Positions 19,368 through 30,977 of a stretch of 64,000 nucleotides of DNA are shown one piece after another. Each line of letters starts with the position of its first letter. Position 1 is the stretch's first letter. The notes under the pieces are model-generated. The model was not told where the DNA came from, ran no database searches, and saw only the letters and a list, made by a program, of their open reading frames with translations. Origin of the DNA: Escherichia coli 042 (GTDB lineage: Bacteria > Pseudomonadota > Gammaproteobacteria > Enterobacterales > Enterobacteriaceae); NCBI RefSeq assembly GCF_000027125.1, contig NC_017626.1. One strand, written 5' to 3'. The position numbers and the translations under genes were made by a program.

Positions 19368-20387
19368 TTATTCAGAAAAAGTGAGTAAGACTTTGCAGCA
19401 ATGCTTTTGATCCTGTTCAAATAAACTAATGGCATCAGCAACATGCTGGAAATCAAACGTATGGGTAATTAGTTTTTCTGGTTTAATTAACCCTTTACTT
19501 AACCAGTCGATAACGACCGGGAATTTATTTGCATTTAAGCGTGAAGAGAAAATAGAGAGTTCTTTTCCGGTAATTCCTTGCTGAATCACTTCAGACGGTT
19601 CACTGGAGAAGCCCATCAATACAATACGTGCCGCTGGAGAAGCCAGCGTTACGGCTTCTTTCAGGATTGAAGGATGACAAGCCGCATCGATAATTAATGT
19701 CGGCTTTATGCCTTTTTCAGCGAAAATCTCGCCAAGCGGTGTCTGGCTGTTATTAATCGCCCAGTCTGCCCCGCTCTCTTTCGCTTTTTCCAGTCGTTCA
19801 TCAATGCGATCGGCAACAATCACATTCTTAACGTTATAGACGCCTTTTAATACCTGAACGATCGTCAGGCCGATTGGACCTGCACCGTAAACCAGAACGG
19901 TATCATTTTCAGTCGGTTGCCCATGACCGGTAACGTTAGCCGCAATGGTAAAAGGTTCGATCATCACCGCATATTGATCGGCCACTGCTTCAGGAATTTT
20001 CCACGCATTTTTTGCCGGCACCATGGCATATTCACTGAAACCACCGTCAGCGTGCACACCTAATACAGCCAGTGTCGTACAAACGTTCGGCTTACCTATA
20101 GAGCACGGATAGCAATGCCCACAGCTGACCACCGGATCGACAGCAACGCGTTCACCGACTCTGGCGCTTTCCACGCCTTCACCCACTGCATCAATGACGC
20201 CAAAGAATTCATGACCAATGACGCGCGGATATTTCGCAAAAGGATTATGCCCACGATAAATATGGCTATCTGAACCACAAATTCCGGCAAGTTTCACTTT
20301 TACTCGTACTTCACCCGCTGACGGGGTGGGTATTTCACGTTCGATAATTGCCAGTTGATTCGGTTTTTCAATTAAAATGCTTTTCAT
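19368..20387 (-). CDS. rspB: Starvation-sensing protein RspB (Zn-dependent dehydrogenase)
   Basis: MKSILIEKPNQLAIIEREIPTPSAGEVRVKVKLAGICGSDSHIY...; recalled identity. Confidence 0.95.
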   Translation of the reverse strand: MKSILIEKPNQLAIIEREIPTPSAGEVRVKVKLAGICGSDSHIYRGHNPFAKYPRVIGHEFFGVIDAVGEGVESARVGERVAVDPVVSCGHCYPCSIGKPNVCTTLAVLGVHADGGFSEYAMVPAKNAWKIPEAVADQYAVMIEPFTIAANVTGHGQPTENDTVLVYGAGPIGLTIVQVLKGVYNVKNVIVADRIDERLEKAKESGADWAINNSQTPLGEIFAEKGIKPTLIIDAACHPSILKEAVTLASPAARIVLMGFSSEPSEVIQQGITGKELSIFSSRLNANKFPVVIDWLSKGLIKPEKLITHTFDFQHVADAISLFEQDQKHCCKVLLTFSE

Positions 20388-20398
20388 TATCTTACTCC

Positions 20399-21613
20399 TT
20401 ACCAGTTCCACAGCGTGCCATCTTCCAGACGTGCGACTGGCAGATAAGCAGGTTCATAGGGATATTTCGCCGCCAGCTTTTCATCGAATTCGATGCCAAG
20501 ACCCGGTTTGTCTCCCGGATGCATATAGCCGTTATCGAAAGTCCAGTTGTGCGGGAAGACTTCGAGCATTTGTTCGGAATAACCCATGTATTCCTGGACA
20601 CCGAAATTGGGGACCCACAGATCAAAGTGCAGCGCCGCAGCCATGCAGACTGGTGACAAATCGGAAGGACCGTGTGAGCCAGTACGTACCTGATACAACG
20701 AAGCAAAATCGGCAATCCGGCGCATACCGGTAATTCCGCCTGCATGGGTCAGCGTGGTGCGGATATAATCGATAAGTTGCTCTTCAATCAGTTGCTTGCA
20801 GTCCCAGATGCTGTTGAAGACTTCACCCACCGCGATGGGTGTGACGGTATGTTGGCGAATGAGACGGAAGCATTCCTGGTTTTCCGCAGGCGTCGGGTCT
20901 TCCATCCAGAACATGCGATAATCTTCAATGCTTTTACCAAAGCGCGCCGCTTCAATAGGCGTTAAGCGATGGTGCATGTCATGCAGCAAATGTTCATTAA
21001 AACCAAACTTGTTACGTACCGCGTCAAACAATTTCGGCATGAAATCGAGGTATTTCTCCGTCGACCACAGCTGCTCTTCCGGCCACTGTCCTTTGGTTGC
21101 GGGTTCATAAGCCAGACCTTTACCTTTCGACATGCCGTAGGTGGTTTTCATACCAGGGATTCCGCACTGCACGCGGATGGCTTTGAATCCCAGCTCCTGA
21201 TGACGGGCATAATCATCCAGAGCTTCATCAATACTGTGACCGGTGGTATGGCAATAAACCATCACCCCTTCACGAGACGCGCCGCCGAGTAACTGGTAAA
21301 GCGGCATGTTGGCAGCTTTGGCTTTAATATCCCACAGCGCCATATCAACCGCTGAAATGGCCGACATCGTCACCGGGCCGCGACGCCAGTAAGCTCCTTT
21401 ATAGAAAAACTGCCAGATATCTTCGATACGGTGTGCATCGCGACCAATAAGCTGCGGACAAAGGTGATCCTGCAAATAAGAGGCCACGGAAAGCTCACGT
21501 CCATTGAGGGTGGCATCCCCAAGGCCCGTAATACCGTCCTCAGTGGTGATTTTTAATGTGACGAAATTACGCCCCGGACAGGTAACAAAAACTTCAGCCT
21601 TTACGATCTTCAT
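20399..21613 (-). CDS. rspA: Starvation-sensing protein RspA (mannonate dehydratase family)
   Basis: [40 protein letters not shown]...; 404 aa. Confidence 0.95.
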
Positions 21614-21818
21614 GTTCGATTCCTTGCATCGCTTGTCGTGATGCATGAAATCTACGCAACTGAGCTACTACCATACAAGTATGAAAATCGAAAAAAGCCG
21701 GAGTGATCACAAAAAAAGGCGTATATTTGCGCCGTGAATGGTTGACAAAAGATGAAATAGAATACCTTTTGTCAGCTGACACTTCCTTGTATCTTATTGA
21801 TAAAATGGATTTATGTCC

Positions 21819-22145
21819 TTACGCGCGCCCCCAGCCCGCAACAATGATCAACATGCCGCAAAGCGCAATCAACGCCCCCGTCCAGTCATAAAGACTCAGT
21901 TTCACGCCATCCACAACGCGCAGCCAAATCAATGCCGTGCAGACATAAACGCCACCATAAGCCGCGTAAACACGCCCACTCGCCGCAGGATGCAACGTTA
22001 ACAACCAGACAAACAGTGCCAGAGAAATCCCCGCCGGAAGCAACAGCCAGATACTGGCGTTTCGTTTTAACCACAACCAGGGCAGAAAGCATCCAATAAT
22101 TTCACACAGCGCAGTAGCAAAAAATAGTAACGTTGTTTTAATCAT
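21819..22145 (-). CDS. ynfA: UPF0060 membrane protein YnfA
   Basis: [28 protein letters not shown]...; 108 aa. Confidence 0.9.
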
Positions 22146-22279
22146 CTTTGTCACTTATTGACATCATGTATAGTTATAGGACGACATAATATCATCAATA
22201 TAAACATCCTCCTGGTACGTTTTGCGTTCGCAGTGGATGGTGTAGAATCACCTTTAATCATTCATACAGGGAATGAATT

Positions 22280-22621
22280 ATGAAAATTACTCTCAGCAAA
22301 CGAATTGGCCTGCTCGCTTTTCTGCTGCCTTGCGCAATGGCATTGAGCACAACTGTTCATGCCGAAACTAACAAACTGGTGATTGAGTCTGGCGACAGTG
22401 CACAAAGCCGCCAGCACGCCGCTATGGAAAAAGAGCAATGGAATGAAACGCGCAATCTGCGCCAGAAAGTGAATAAACGCACTGAAAAAGAGTGGGATAA
22501 AGCCGACGCCGCTTTTGATAACCGCGATAAATGTGAGCAAAGCGCCAACATCAATGCCTACTGGGAGCCAAATACTTTGCGCTGCCTGGACCGTCGAACT
22601 GGCCGCGTTATTACCCCCTAA
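22280..22621 (+). CDS. ynfB: Secreted protein YnfB
   Basis: [28 protein letters not shown] signal peptide; 113 aa. Confidence 0.9.
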   Translation: MKITLSKRIGLLAFLLPCAMALSTTVHAETNKLVIESGDSAQSRQHAAMEKEQWNETRNLRQKVNKRTEKEWDKADAAFDNRDKCEQSANINAYWEPNTLRCLDRRTGRVITP

Positions 22622-22655
22622 CCTGTTATTGATTTAAGGAATGTAAGGACACGTT

Positions 22656-23216
22656 ATGCCAAGCGCCCACAGTGTTAAGCTACGCCCGCTGGAGCGTGAA
22701 GATTTACGCTATGTACATCAACTCGACAATAACGCCAGTGTGATGCGTTACTGGTTTGAGGAACCCTACGAAGCCTTTGTTGAACTCTCTGATCTGTATG
22801 ATAAGCATATTCACGATCAGAGCGAACGGCGCTTTGTGGTGGAATGTGACGGCGAAAAAGCCGGTCTGGTGGAGCTGGTGGAAATTAACCATGTTCATCG
22901 CCGCGCAGAATTTCAGATAATTATCTCCCCGGAGTATCAAGGGAAAGGTCTGGCAACCCGTGCCGCCAAATTAGCAATGGACTATGGCTTCACCGTTCTC
23001 AATCTCTATAAGCTGTATCTGATCGTTGATAAAGAGAATGAAAAAGCGATTCACATTTACCGCAAGCTTGGCTTTACGGTTGAAGGTGAATTGATGCATG
23101 AGTTTTTTATTAATGGTCAATATCGTAATGCTATTCGCATGTGTATATTCCAGCATCAGTATCTGGCAGAGCACAAAACACCGGGTCAGACTCTCCTGAA
23201 GCCGACCGCACAATAG
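22656..23216 (+). CDS. speG: Spermidine N1-acetyltransferase SpeG
   Basis: [41 protein letters not shown]...; GNAT motifs. Confidence 0.95.
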   Translation: MPSAHSVKLRPLEREDLRYVHQLDNNASVMRYWFEEPYEAFVELSDLYDKHIHDQSERRFVVECDGEKAGLVELVEINHVHRRAEFQIIISPEYQGKGLATRAAKLAMDYGFTVLNLYKLYLIVDKENEKAIHIYRKLGFTVEGELMHEFFINGQYRNAIRMCIFQHQYLAEHKTPGQTLLKPTAQ

Positions 23217-23218
23217 CA

Positions 23219-23929
23219 TTAATAATAATCGATAGTATTTTTGATGGTGTAAACCCGTTCGACGGCGGGTTTTACTCCTTCATCAACAATGATTAGCTGA
23301 CAGTCCACCGGATTGGCGTGACTGTCATATTCACAGCTCTGTTTTACATTACCAACCCTTTGATTATTCAGTAAAGTAACCGCTGTGTAATCTAATTTTT
23401 TGATCGGATCCGTTGATGGCGTGGCGCTGACAGATAATGTTTTGTCGTTACTTTTCGTGGTTTTACCCAGCGGATACCCCTGATCATCATAGCGATATTC
23501 CATCTGCATCTGTTTGCTGCTGGCTTTAATCACAAAGCCATTATCATCGGTTTCCCAACTCACCCCGGCAGAAGGTAATTCTGCTAGCTGGCATTTTCCC
23601 TGCAAACGAACTCTTTTCTCCAGTGTCTGGGCATCACGGTAATAATTGGCGTCCAGTACCAGGGCAACCACGGTATTATTTTCCAGATCCAGTAATTCGA
23701 GTGAATCAAAACAGCCTTCTTCCGACAAAGTCCCCGAAACACGTTTCGTCACTTCACCTTGCTCATCCATTAATGTCTGAGTGAAATCTTTTACCGGACC
23801 ACGCAGCGGATCAAAATCGAATTCATTAGAGAAACTGGCCATCTCAGGGGTAAAGGAAAGTGTTACCTCTGTGCGGTCACATCCTGTGAGGAATATCGCG
23901 AGTAAGCATGGCAGTAATTTGTATTTCAC
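23219..23929 (-). CDS. ynfC: Lipoprotein YnfC (GTG start, 236 aa)
   Basis: MKYKLLPCLLAIFLTGCDRTEV lipobox. Confidence 0.85.
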   Translation of the reverse strand: MKYKLLPCLLAIFLTGCDRTEVTLSFTPEMASFSNEFDFDPLRGPVKDFTQTLMDEQGEVTKRVSGTLSEEGCFDSLELLDLENNTVVALVLDANYYRDAQTLEKRVRLQGKCQLAELPSAGVSWETDDNGFVIKASSKQMQMEYRYDDQGYPLGKTTKSNDKTLSVSATPSTDPIKKLDYTAVTLLNNQRVGNVKQSCEYDSHANPVDCQLIIVDEGVKPAVERVYTIKNTIDYY

Positions 23930-24036
23930 AACAGTCACCAGAGAGTAGAGATGATTCTCAATCATAGTAGCAAATACAGTACTTTACACGTTAAATGCTA
24001 TGCTTAAAGAAGTTATCTTCGCGTAAGGAGCTTATG

Positions 24037-24342
24037 ATGAAACTCTCAACCTGCTGTGCCGCGCTTCTGCTCGCCCTCGCCTCACCCGCGGTACTCGCCG
24101 CGCCGGGATCCTGTGAGCGCATACAGAGCGATATATCACAGCGCATTATCAATAATGGCGTACCCGAAAGCAGCTTCACGTTAAGTATTGTACCCAATGA
24201 CCAGGTTGATCAGCCTGATTCCCAGGTCGTCGGGCATTGCGCTAATGATACGCATAAAATTCTCTACACCCGCACCACCAGCGGTAACGTCTCTGCTCCC
24301 GCGCAGTCTACCCAGGATGGCGCGCCTGCCGAACCGCAGTAA
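24037..24342 (+). CDS. ynfD: Secreted protein YnfD
   Basis: MKLSTCCAALLLALASPAVLAAPGSCERIQS...; 101 aa. Confidence 0.85.
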   Translation: MKLSTCCAALLLALASPAVLAAPGSCERIQSDISQRIINNGVPESSFTLSIVPNDQVDQPDSQVVGHCANDTHKILYTRTTSGNVSAPAQSTQDGAPAEPQ

Positions 24343-24540
24343 CACATTATCGACTGAACGCCGGATACGACACATCCGGCGATTTGAACATACAACATAA
24401 TCCCACCTTATTACTCATACCCTTCTATTGATATGGATTAATAATTCTTAACCCAAAATAGGTAGACTTCCTCTATTGTTAGCGCGCTAAATATTCAATA
24501 TATAAACTTTTATATAACGATAAAGAACAGGGAGTGAGTT

Positions 24541-26967
24541 ATGTCCAAAAATGAACAAATGGTGGGCATCAGCCGCAGAACACTCGTTAAATCTACCGCG
24601 ATAGGTTCTCTGGCGCTGGCTGCAGGCGGTTTTTCTTTACCGTTCACCCTGCGCAGTGCAGCGGCAGCGGTACAACAGGCCAGCGAGAAAGTGGTCTGGG
24701 GTGCCTGTTCCGTCAACTGTGGTAGCCGCTGTGCACTTCGTCTGCATGTTAAAGATAATGAAGTGACCTGGGTGGAAACTGACAACACCGGCAGCGATGA
24801 GTATGGCAATCATCAAGTACGTGCCTGTTTGCGCGGTCGCTCCATCCGTCGGCGTATTAATCATCCCGATCGCTTGAATTACCCAATGAAACGCGTGGGC
24901 AAACGCGGCGAAGGCAAATTCGAACGGATTAGCTGGGATGAAGCCCTGGATACTATCGCCAGTAGCCTGAAAAAAACCGTCGAACAATATGGCAATGAGG
25001 CTGTATATATTCAGTACTCTTCGGGGATTGTTGGCGGCAATATGACCCGCTCTTCACCATCAGCCTCGGCGGTCAAACGCCTGATGAACTGCTACGGCGG
25101 TTCACTCAATCAGTATGGCTCCTACAGCACCGCGCAAATTTCCTGTGCCATGCCCTACACCTACGGCAGTAATGATGGCAACAGCACCACGGATATTGAA
25201 AACAGCAAGCTGGTCGTGATGTTTGGTAACAACCCGGCAGAAACCCGCATGAGCGGCGGTGGCATCACTTATCTTCTTGAAAAAGCGCGCGAGAAATCGA
25301 ACGCCAAAATGATTGTTATCGATCCGCGATATACCGATACAGCTGCTGGTCGTGAAGACGAATGGCTACCTATTCGCCCGGGCACCGATGCCGCGCTGGT
25401 TGCGGGTATTGCCTGGGTATTGATTAACGAAAATCTCGTTGATCAACCTTTTCTCGATAAATACTGCGTCGGCTATGACGAAAAAACCTTACCCGCAGAT
25501 GCACCAAAAAATGGTCACTATGAAGCCTATATTCTTGGTGAAGGTGACGATAAAACAGCGAAAACGCCGCAGTGGGCTTCGCAAATTACCGGTATCCCGG
25601 TGGAGCGTATCATCAAACTGGCGCGTGAAATTGGCACAGCAAAACCCGCTTATATCTGCCAGGGCTGGGGACCGCAACGCCAGGCAAACGGCGAGCTGAC
25701 TGCACGTGCTATTGCGATGTTGCCTATTCTGACGGGCAATGTCGGCATCAGCGGCGGGAGTAGTGGCGCGCGTGAATCGACCTATACCATTACCATAGAA
25801 CGCCTGCCGGTGCTGGATAATCCGGTCAAAACGTCAATCTCCTGCTTCAGCTGGACGGATGCTATCGATCATGGCCCGCAAATGACGGCAATCCGCGACG
25901 GTGTCCGGGGCAAAGATAAACTGGATGTGCCCATTAAGTTCATCTGGAACTACGCGGGAAATACCCTGGTTAATCAGCATTCTGACATCAACAAAACGCA
26001 TGAAATTCTGCAGGACGAATCGAAATGCGAAATGATTGTGGTCATCGAAAACTTTATGACCTCATCGGCAAAATATGCCGACATTCTGCTGCCAGACCTG
26101 ATGACCGTTGAGCAGGAAGATATTATTCCTAACGACTACGCCGGTAACATGGGATATCTCATTTTCCTTCAGCCAGTCACCAGCGAAAAATTCGAACGCA
26201 AACCGATTTACTGGATCCTGAGTGAGGTCGCGAAACGTCTTGGACCTGACGTCTATCAAAAGTTCACAGAAGGTCGCACGCAGGAACAATGGTTGCAACA
26301 TCTGTACGCCAAAATGCTTGCCAAAGATCCGGCGTTACCGTCTTACGACGAACTGAAAAAAATGGGTATCTATAAGCGTAAAGATCCTAATGGTCATTTT
26401 GTCGCCTACAAAGCATTTCGTGACGACCCCGAGGCAAATCCACTTAAAACGCCTTCCGGTAAGATTGAAATTTATTCCAGCAAGCTGGCGGAAATTGCCC
26501 GTACCTGGGAACTGGAAAAAGATGAAGTGATAAGCCCACTGCCGGTTTATGCCTCAACCTTTGAAGGCTGGGACTCCCCTGAACGTAGTACCTTTCCACT
26601 GCAACTGTTTGGTTTCCATTACAAATCCCGTACTCACTCGACCTACGGCAACATTGATGTCCTGAAGGCTGCCTGCCGTCAGGAGGTGTGGATCAACCCT
26701 ATAGACGCACAGAAACGTGGGATTGCCAACGGCGATATGGTGCGGGTGTATAACCATCGTGGCGAAGTTCGGCTACCAGCCAAAGTGACACCACGCATTC
26801 TCCCTGGGGTTAGCGCTATGGGCCAGGGAGCCTGGCACGAGGCCAATATGTCTGGCGATAAAATCGACCATGGCGGCTGTGTGAATACGCTAACCACTCT
26901 GCGCCCTTCACCACTGGCGAAGGGAAACCCGCAGCACACTAATCTGGTCGAGATCGAAAAAATATAA
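24541..26967 (+). CDS. ynfE: Tat-exported molybdopterin oxidoreductase YnfE (DmsA paralog, selenate reductase)
   Basis: Twin-arginine leader SRRTLVKSTAIGSLALAAGGF; CSVNCGSRC 4Fe-4S motif; 808 aa. Confidence 0.95.
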   Translation: MSKNEQMVGISRRTLVKSTAIGSLALAAGGFSLPFTLRSAAAAVQQASEKVVWGACSVNCGSRCALRLHVKDNEVTWVETDNTGSDEYGNHQVRACLRGRSIRRRINHPDRLNYPMKRVGKRGEGKFERISWDEALDTIASSLKKTVEQYGNEAVYIQYSSGIVGGNMTRSSPSASAVKRLMNCYGGSLNQYGSYSTAQISCAMPYTYGSNDGNSTTDIENSKLVVMFGNNPAETRMSGGGITYLLEKAREKSNAKMIVIDPRYTDTAAGREDEWLPIRPGTDAALVAGIAWVLINENLVDQPFLDKYCVGYDEKTLPADAPKNGHYEAYILGEGDDKTAKTPQWASQITGIPVERIIKLAREIGTAKPAYICQGWGPQRQANGELTARAIAMLPILTGNVGISGGSSGARESTYTITIERLPVLDNPVKTSISCFSWTDAIDHGPQMTAIRDGVRGKDKLDVPIKFIWNYAGNTLVNQHSDINKTHEILQDESKCEMIVVIENFMTSSAKYADILLPDLMTVEQEDIIPNDYAGNMGYLIFLQPVTSEKFERKPIYWILSEVAKRLGPDVYQKFTEGRTQEQWLQHLYAKMLAKDPALPSYDELKKMGIYKRKDPNGHFVAYKAFRDDPEANPLKTPSGKIEIYSSKLAEIARTWELEKDEVISPLPVYASTFEGWDSPERSTFPLQLFGFHYKSRTHSTYGNIDVLKAACRQEVWINPIDAQKRGIANGDMVRVYNHRGEVRLPAKVTPRILPGVSAMGQGAWHEANMSGDKIDHGGCVNTLTTLRPSPLAKGNPQHTNLVEIEKI

Positions 26968-27027
26968 CCCACTACAACCATAAATTCTGGCATGACATTT
27001 TGTTTGAAAAGCAATAAGTGAGTAATG

Positions 27028-29451
27028 ATGAAAATCCATACCACAGAGGCGCTCATGAAGGCTGAAATCAGCCGTAGAAGTCTGATGAAAACCTCCGCAC
27101 TTGGCAGTCTCGCGCTGGCAAGCAGTGCTTTCACTCTGCCATTTTCCCAAATGGTCCGAGCGGCAGAGACACCGGTAGAAGAGAAAGCGGTCTGGAGTTC
27201 CTGCACCGTTAACTGCGGGAGCCGCTGTCTGTTACGTTTGCATGTGAAAGATGACACCGTGTACTGGGTGGAGTCTGATACGACAGGAGACGACGTCTAC
27301 GGTAATCATCAGGTTCGAGCGTGTTTACGCGGGCGCTCTATCCGTCGACGGATGAATCATCCTGATAGGTTGAAATATCCCATGAAGCGCGTCGGCAAGC
27401 GCGGTGAAGGTAAATTTGAACGGATAAGTTGGGATGAAGCCCTGGATACCATCAGTGATAATCTTCGGCGGATCCTTAAAGATTACGGCAATGAGGCTGT
27501 ACATGTTCTCTATGGAACAGGCGTAGATGGCGGAAACATCACCAACTCAAACGTCCCGTACCGTCTGATGAACTCTTGCGGTGGTTTTCTCAGTCGCTAT
27601 GGCAGCTACAGTACCGCTCAAATCAGTGCCGCAATGAGTTATATGTTCGGTGCCAATGATGGCAACAGCCCGGATGATATCGCCAATACGAAACTGGTCG
27701 TTATGTTCGGAAATAACCCGGCAGAAACGCGGATGAGCGGCGGTGGTGTCACTTACTACGTCGAGCAAGCCCGAGAACGTTCAAACGCACGCATGATCGT
27801 CATCGATCCACGTTATAACGACACTGCTGCCGGGCGTGAAGATGAATGGCTGCCAATTCGCCCAGGCACCGATGGCGCACTGGCCTGTGCGATTGCCTGG
27901 GTACTGATTACTGAAAACATGGTCGATCAGCCATTTCTCGACAAATATTGTGTTGGTTACGATGAAAAAACGCTGCCCGCCAACGCACCACGTAACGCGC
28001 ATTATAAAGCCTATATTCTGGGCGAAGGGCCTGACGGCATAGCTAAAACGCCGGAATGGGCAGCAAAAATCACCAGCATCCCGGCAGAAAAAATTATCCA
28101 GTTGGCACGAGAGATCGGTTCAGCAAAACCTGCTTATATTTGTCAGGGTTGGGGGCCACAACGACACTCCAACGGCGAGCAAACGTCCCGCGCTATTGCC
28201 ATGCTTTCCGTTCTCACCGGTAACGTCGGCATAAACGGCGGCAACTCAGGTGTACGCGAAGGTAGCTGGGATCTGGGGGTAGAATGGTTCCCGATGCTCG
28301 AGAATCCTGTTAAAACGCAGATTTCCGTCTTTACATGGACAGATGCCATCGACCATGGTACGGAAATGACCGCGACCCGTGATGGTGTTCGTGGAAAAGA
28401 AAAACTGGATGTCCCCATCAAGTTTTTATGGTGCTACGCCAGTAACACATTGATCAATCAACATGGCGACATCAATCACACCCATGAGGTGCTTCAGGAT
28501 GACAGCAAGTGCGAGATGATTGTTGGCATTGACCACTTCATGACGGCCTCGGCTAAGTATTGCGATATCCTGTTGCCCGACCTGATGCCAACAGAGCAAG
28601 AAGACCTTATCTCTCATGAATCTGCAGGGAATATGGGCTATGTGATCCTCGCCCAACCCGCAACCTCAGCAAAATTTGAACGCAAACCCATCTACTGGAT
28701 GCTGAGTGAAGTCGCCAAACGCTTAGGACCGGACGTTTATCAAACCTTTACTGAAGGTCGCAGTCAGCATGAATGGATCAAATATCTCCATGCGAAAACG
28801 AAGGAACGTAACCCTGAGATGCCCGACTACGAGGAGATGAAAACGACCGGGATCTTTAAGAAAAAATGCCCGGAAGAACACTACGTCGCTTTCCGCGCAT
28901 TCCGTGAAGATCCACAGGCAAACCCGTTGAAAACACCTTCGGGGAAAATCGAAATTTATTCTGAACGACTGGCGACGATTGCGGATACCTGGGAATTGAA
29001 AAAAGATGAAATTATTCATCCCCTTCCTGCGTATACCCCAGGTTTTGATGGCTGGGACGATCCCCTGCGGAAAACCTATCCACTGCAGTTAACGGGCTTC
29101 CACTACAAAGCGCGTACCCACTCCAGCTACGGCAATATTGATGTGTTACAGCAGGCCTGCCCACAAGAGGTGTGGATCAACCCTATTGATGCTCAGGCAC
29201 GCGGTATCCGTCATGGCGATACCGTGCGGGTATTTAACAATAATGGAGAAATGCTGATTGCCGCAAAAGTGACTCCGCGTATTCTGCCTGGCGTTACCGC
29301 CATCGGGCAAGGTGCGTGGCTTAAAGCGGATATGTTTGGTGACCGGGTCGATCACGGCGGCAGTATCAATATTCTGACCTCTCACCGCCCTTCACCGCTG
29401 GCAAAGGGAAACCCGTCGCACAGCAATCTTGTCCAGATCGAAAAGGTTTAA
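27028..29451 (+). CDS. ynfF: Tat-exported molybdopterin oxidoreductase YnfF (DmsA paralog)
   Basis: SRRSLMKTSALGSLALASSAF Tat leader; CTVNCGSRC; tandem paralog of ynfE. Confidence 0.95.
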   Translation: MKIHTTEALMKAEISRRSLMKTSALGSLALASSAFTLPFSQMVRAAETPVEEKAVWSSCTVNCGSRCLLRLHVKDDTVYWVESDTTGDDVYGNHQVRACLRGRSIRRRMNHPDRLKYPMKRVGKRGEGKFERISWDEALDTISDNLRRILKDYGNEAVHVLYGTGVDGGNITNSNVPYRLMNSCGGFLSRYGSYSTAQISAAMSYMFGANDGNSPDDIANTKLVVMFGNNPAETRMSGGGVTYYVEQARERSNARMIVIDPRYNDTAAGREDEWLPIRPGTDGALACAIAWVLITENMVDQPFLDKYCVGYDEKTLPANAPRNAHYKAYILGEGPDGIAKTPEWAAKITSIPAEKIIQLAREIGSAKPAYICQGWGPQRHSNGEQTSRAIAMLSVLTGNVGINGGNSGVREGSWDLGVEWFPMLENPVKTQISVFTWTDAIDHGTEMTATRDGVRGKEKLDVPIKFLWCYASNTLINQHGDINHTHEVLQDDSKCEMIVGIDHFMTASAKYCDILLPDLMPTEQEDLISHESAGNMGYVILAQPATSAKFERKPIYWMLSEVAKRLGPDVYQTFTEGRSQHEWIKYLHAKTKERNPEMPDYEEMKTTGIFKKKCPEEHYVAFRAFREDPQANPLKTPSGKIEIYSERLATIADTWELKKDEIIHPLPAYTPGFDGWDDPLRKTYPLQLTGFHYKARTHSSYGNIDVLQQACPQEVWINPIDAQARGIRHGDTVRVFNNNGEMLIAAKVTPRILPGVTAIGQGAWLKADMFGDRVDHGGSINILTSHRPSPLAKGNPSHSNLVQIEKV

Positions 29452-29461
29452 GGAGTAGCCC

Positions 29462-30079
29462 ATGACCACACAATATGGATTTTTTATCGATTCCAGCCGC
29501 TGTACTGGCTGTAAAACCTGCGAACTGGCGTGCAAAGATTTTAAAGATCTTGGCCCGGAAGTCAGTTTCCGCCGTATTTATGAATATGCTGGCGGCGACT
29601 GGCAGGAAGATAATGGCGTCTGGCACCAGAACGTGTTCGCTTATTATCTCTCCATCTCCTGTAACCATTGCGATGACCCCGCATGTACAAAAGTCTGCCC
29701 CAGCGGCGCAATGCATAAGCGTGAAGATGGCTTTGTGGTGGTTGATGAAAATGTTTGTATCGGCTGCCGCTACTGCCACATGGCTTGTCCGTACGGCGCG
29801 CCACAGTACAATGCTGAAAAAGGGCACATGACGAAGTGCGATGGTTGTTATTCGCGCGTCGCCGAGGGGAAACAACCCATATGTGTCGAATCCTGCCCGC
29901 TGCGTACACTTGAGTTCGGTCCAATTGAAGAGCTGCGCCAGAAGCACGGCACTCTTGCTGCCGTCGCGCCACTGCCGCGCGCGCATTTCACAAAACCCAA
30001 TATCGTTATCAAACCTAACGCCAACAGCCGCCCGACCGGCGATACCACTGGTTATCTGGCTAATCCGGAGGAAGTGTAA
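29462..30079 (+). CDS. ynfG: Fe-S subunit YnfG (DmsB-like)
   Basis: Four ferredoxin Cys clusters (CTGCKTCELACK, CNHCDDPAC, CIGCRYCHMACP, CDGCYSRV...CVESCP). Confidence 0.95.
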   Translation: MTTQYGFFIDSSRCTGCKTCELACKDFKDLGPEVSFRRIYEYAGGDWQEDNGVWHQNVFAYYLSISCNHCDDPACTKVCPSGAMHKREDGFVVVDENVCIGCRYCHMACPYGAPQYNAEKGHMTKCDGCYSRVAEGKQPICVESCPLRTLEFGPIEELRQKHGTLAAVAPLPRAHFTKPNIVIKPNANSRPTGDTTGYLANPEEV

Positions 30080-30080
30080 A

Positions 30081-30935
30081 ATGGGAAATGGATGGCATGA
30101 ATGGCCACTGGTTATCTTTACCGTATTGGGTCAATGCGTAGTAGGCGCGCTGATTGTTAGCGGAATTGGCTGGTTCGCCGCCAAAAATGACGCAGACCGT
30201 CAGCACATTGTTCGTGGCATGTTTTTCCTCTGGCTGTTGATGGGCATCGGGTTTATTGCCTCTGTCATGCACCTGGGATCGCCACTGCGGGCGTTTAACT
30301 CGCTGAATCGAATCGGAGCTTCTGGTCTGAGTAACGAGATTGCTGCCGGTTCAATATTTTTTGCCGTAGGCGGATTATGGTGGCTGGTGGCGGTCATCGG
30401 TAAAATGCCGCAAGCGTTGGGGAAACTCTGGTTACTTGTCAGCATGGCGCTCGGCGTCATTTTCGTCTGGATGATGACCTGCGTGTATCAAATCGACACA
30501 GTGCCAACCTGGCATAACGGTTACACTACGCTGGCTTTCTTCCTGACAGTATTGTTGAGCGGTCCAATACTTGCTGCCGCAATTCTGCGGGCAGCCCGCG
30601 TTACATTTAATACCACACCATTTGCCATCATTAGCGTTCTGGCGCTGATCGCTTGTGCCGGGGTGATTGTGCTGCAAGGTTTGTCTCTGGCGTCTATTCA
30701 CTCATCCGTACAACAAGCCAGCGCACTGGTACCAGATTACGCCTCCTTACAGGTCTGGCGTGTGGTATTGTTATGCACAGGTCTAGGATGCTGGCTTTGT
30801 CCGCTCATTCGTCGCCGTGAACCTCACGTTGCCGGACTTATTCTGGGGCTAATCCTCATACTTGGCGGTGAGATGATCGGGCGTGTGCTCTTTTATGGCC
30901 TGCACATGACGGTAGGAATGGCCATTGCAGGTTAA
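30081..30935 (+). CDS. ynfH: Membrane anchor subunit YnfH (DmsC-like)
   Basis: MGNGWHEWPLVIFTVLGQCVVGALIVSG...; polytopic; ATG at 30081 one nt after ynfG stop. Confidence 0.9.
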   Translation: MGNGWHEWPLVIFTVLGQCVVGALIVSGIGWFAAKNDADRQHIVRGMFFLWLLMGIGFIASVMHLGSPLRAFNSLNRIGASGLSNEIAAGSIFFAVGGLWWLVAVIGKMPQALGKLWLLVSMALGVIFVWMMTCVYQIDTVPTWHNGYTTLAFFLTVLLSGPILAAAILRAARVTFNTTPFAIISVLALIACAGVIVLQGLSLASIHSSVQQASALVPDYASLQVWRVVLLCTGLGCWLCPLIRRREPHVAGLILGLILILGGEMIGRVLFYGLHMTVGMAIAG

Positions 30936-30977
30936 CAAATTGGTGCGGGGCAACCCGCACATTTCAGGATGTTAGGA

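Noticed and set aside
29841-30935. 364-aa ORF suggesting a long YnfH
   Set aside because: The 5' extension overlaps ynfG. The native start MGNGWHEW at 30081 gives the expected 284-aa membrane anchor.
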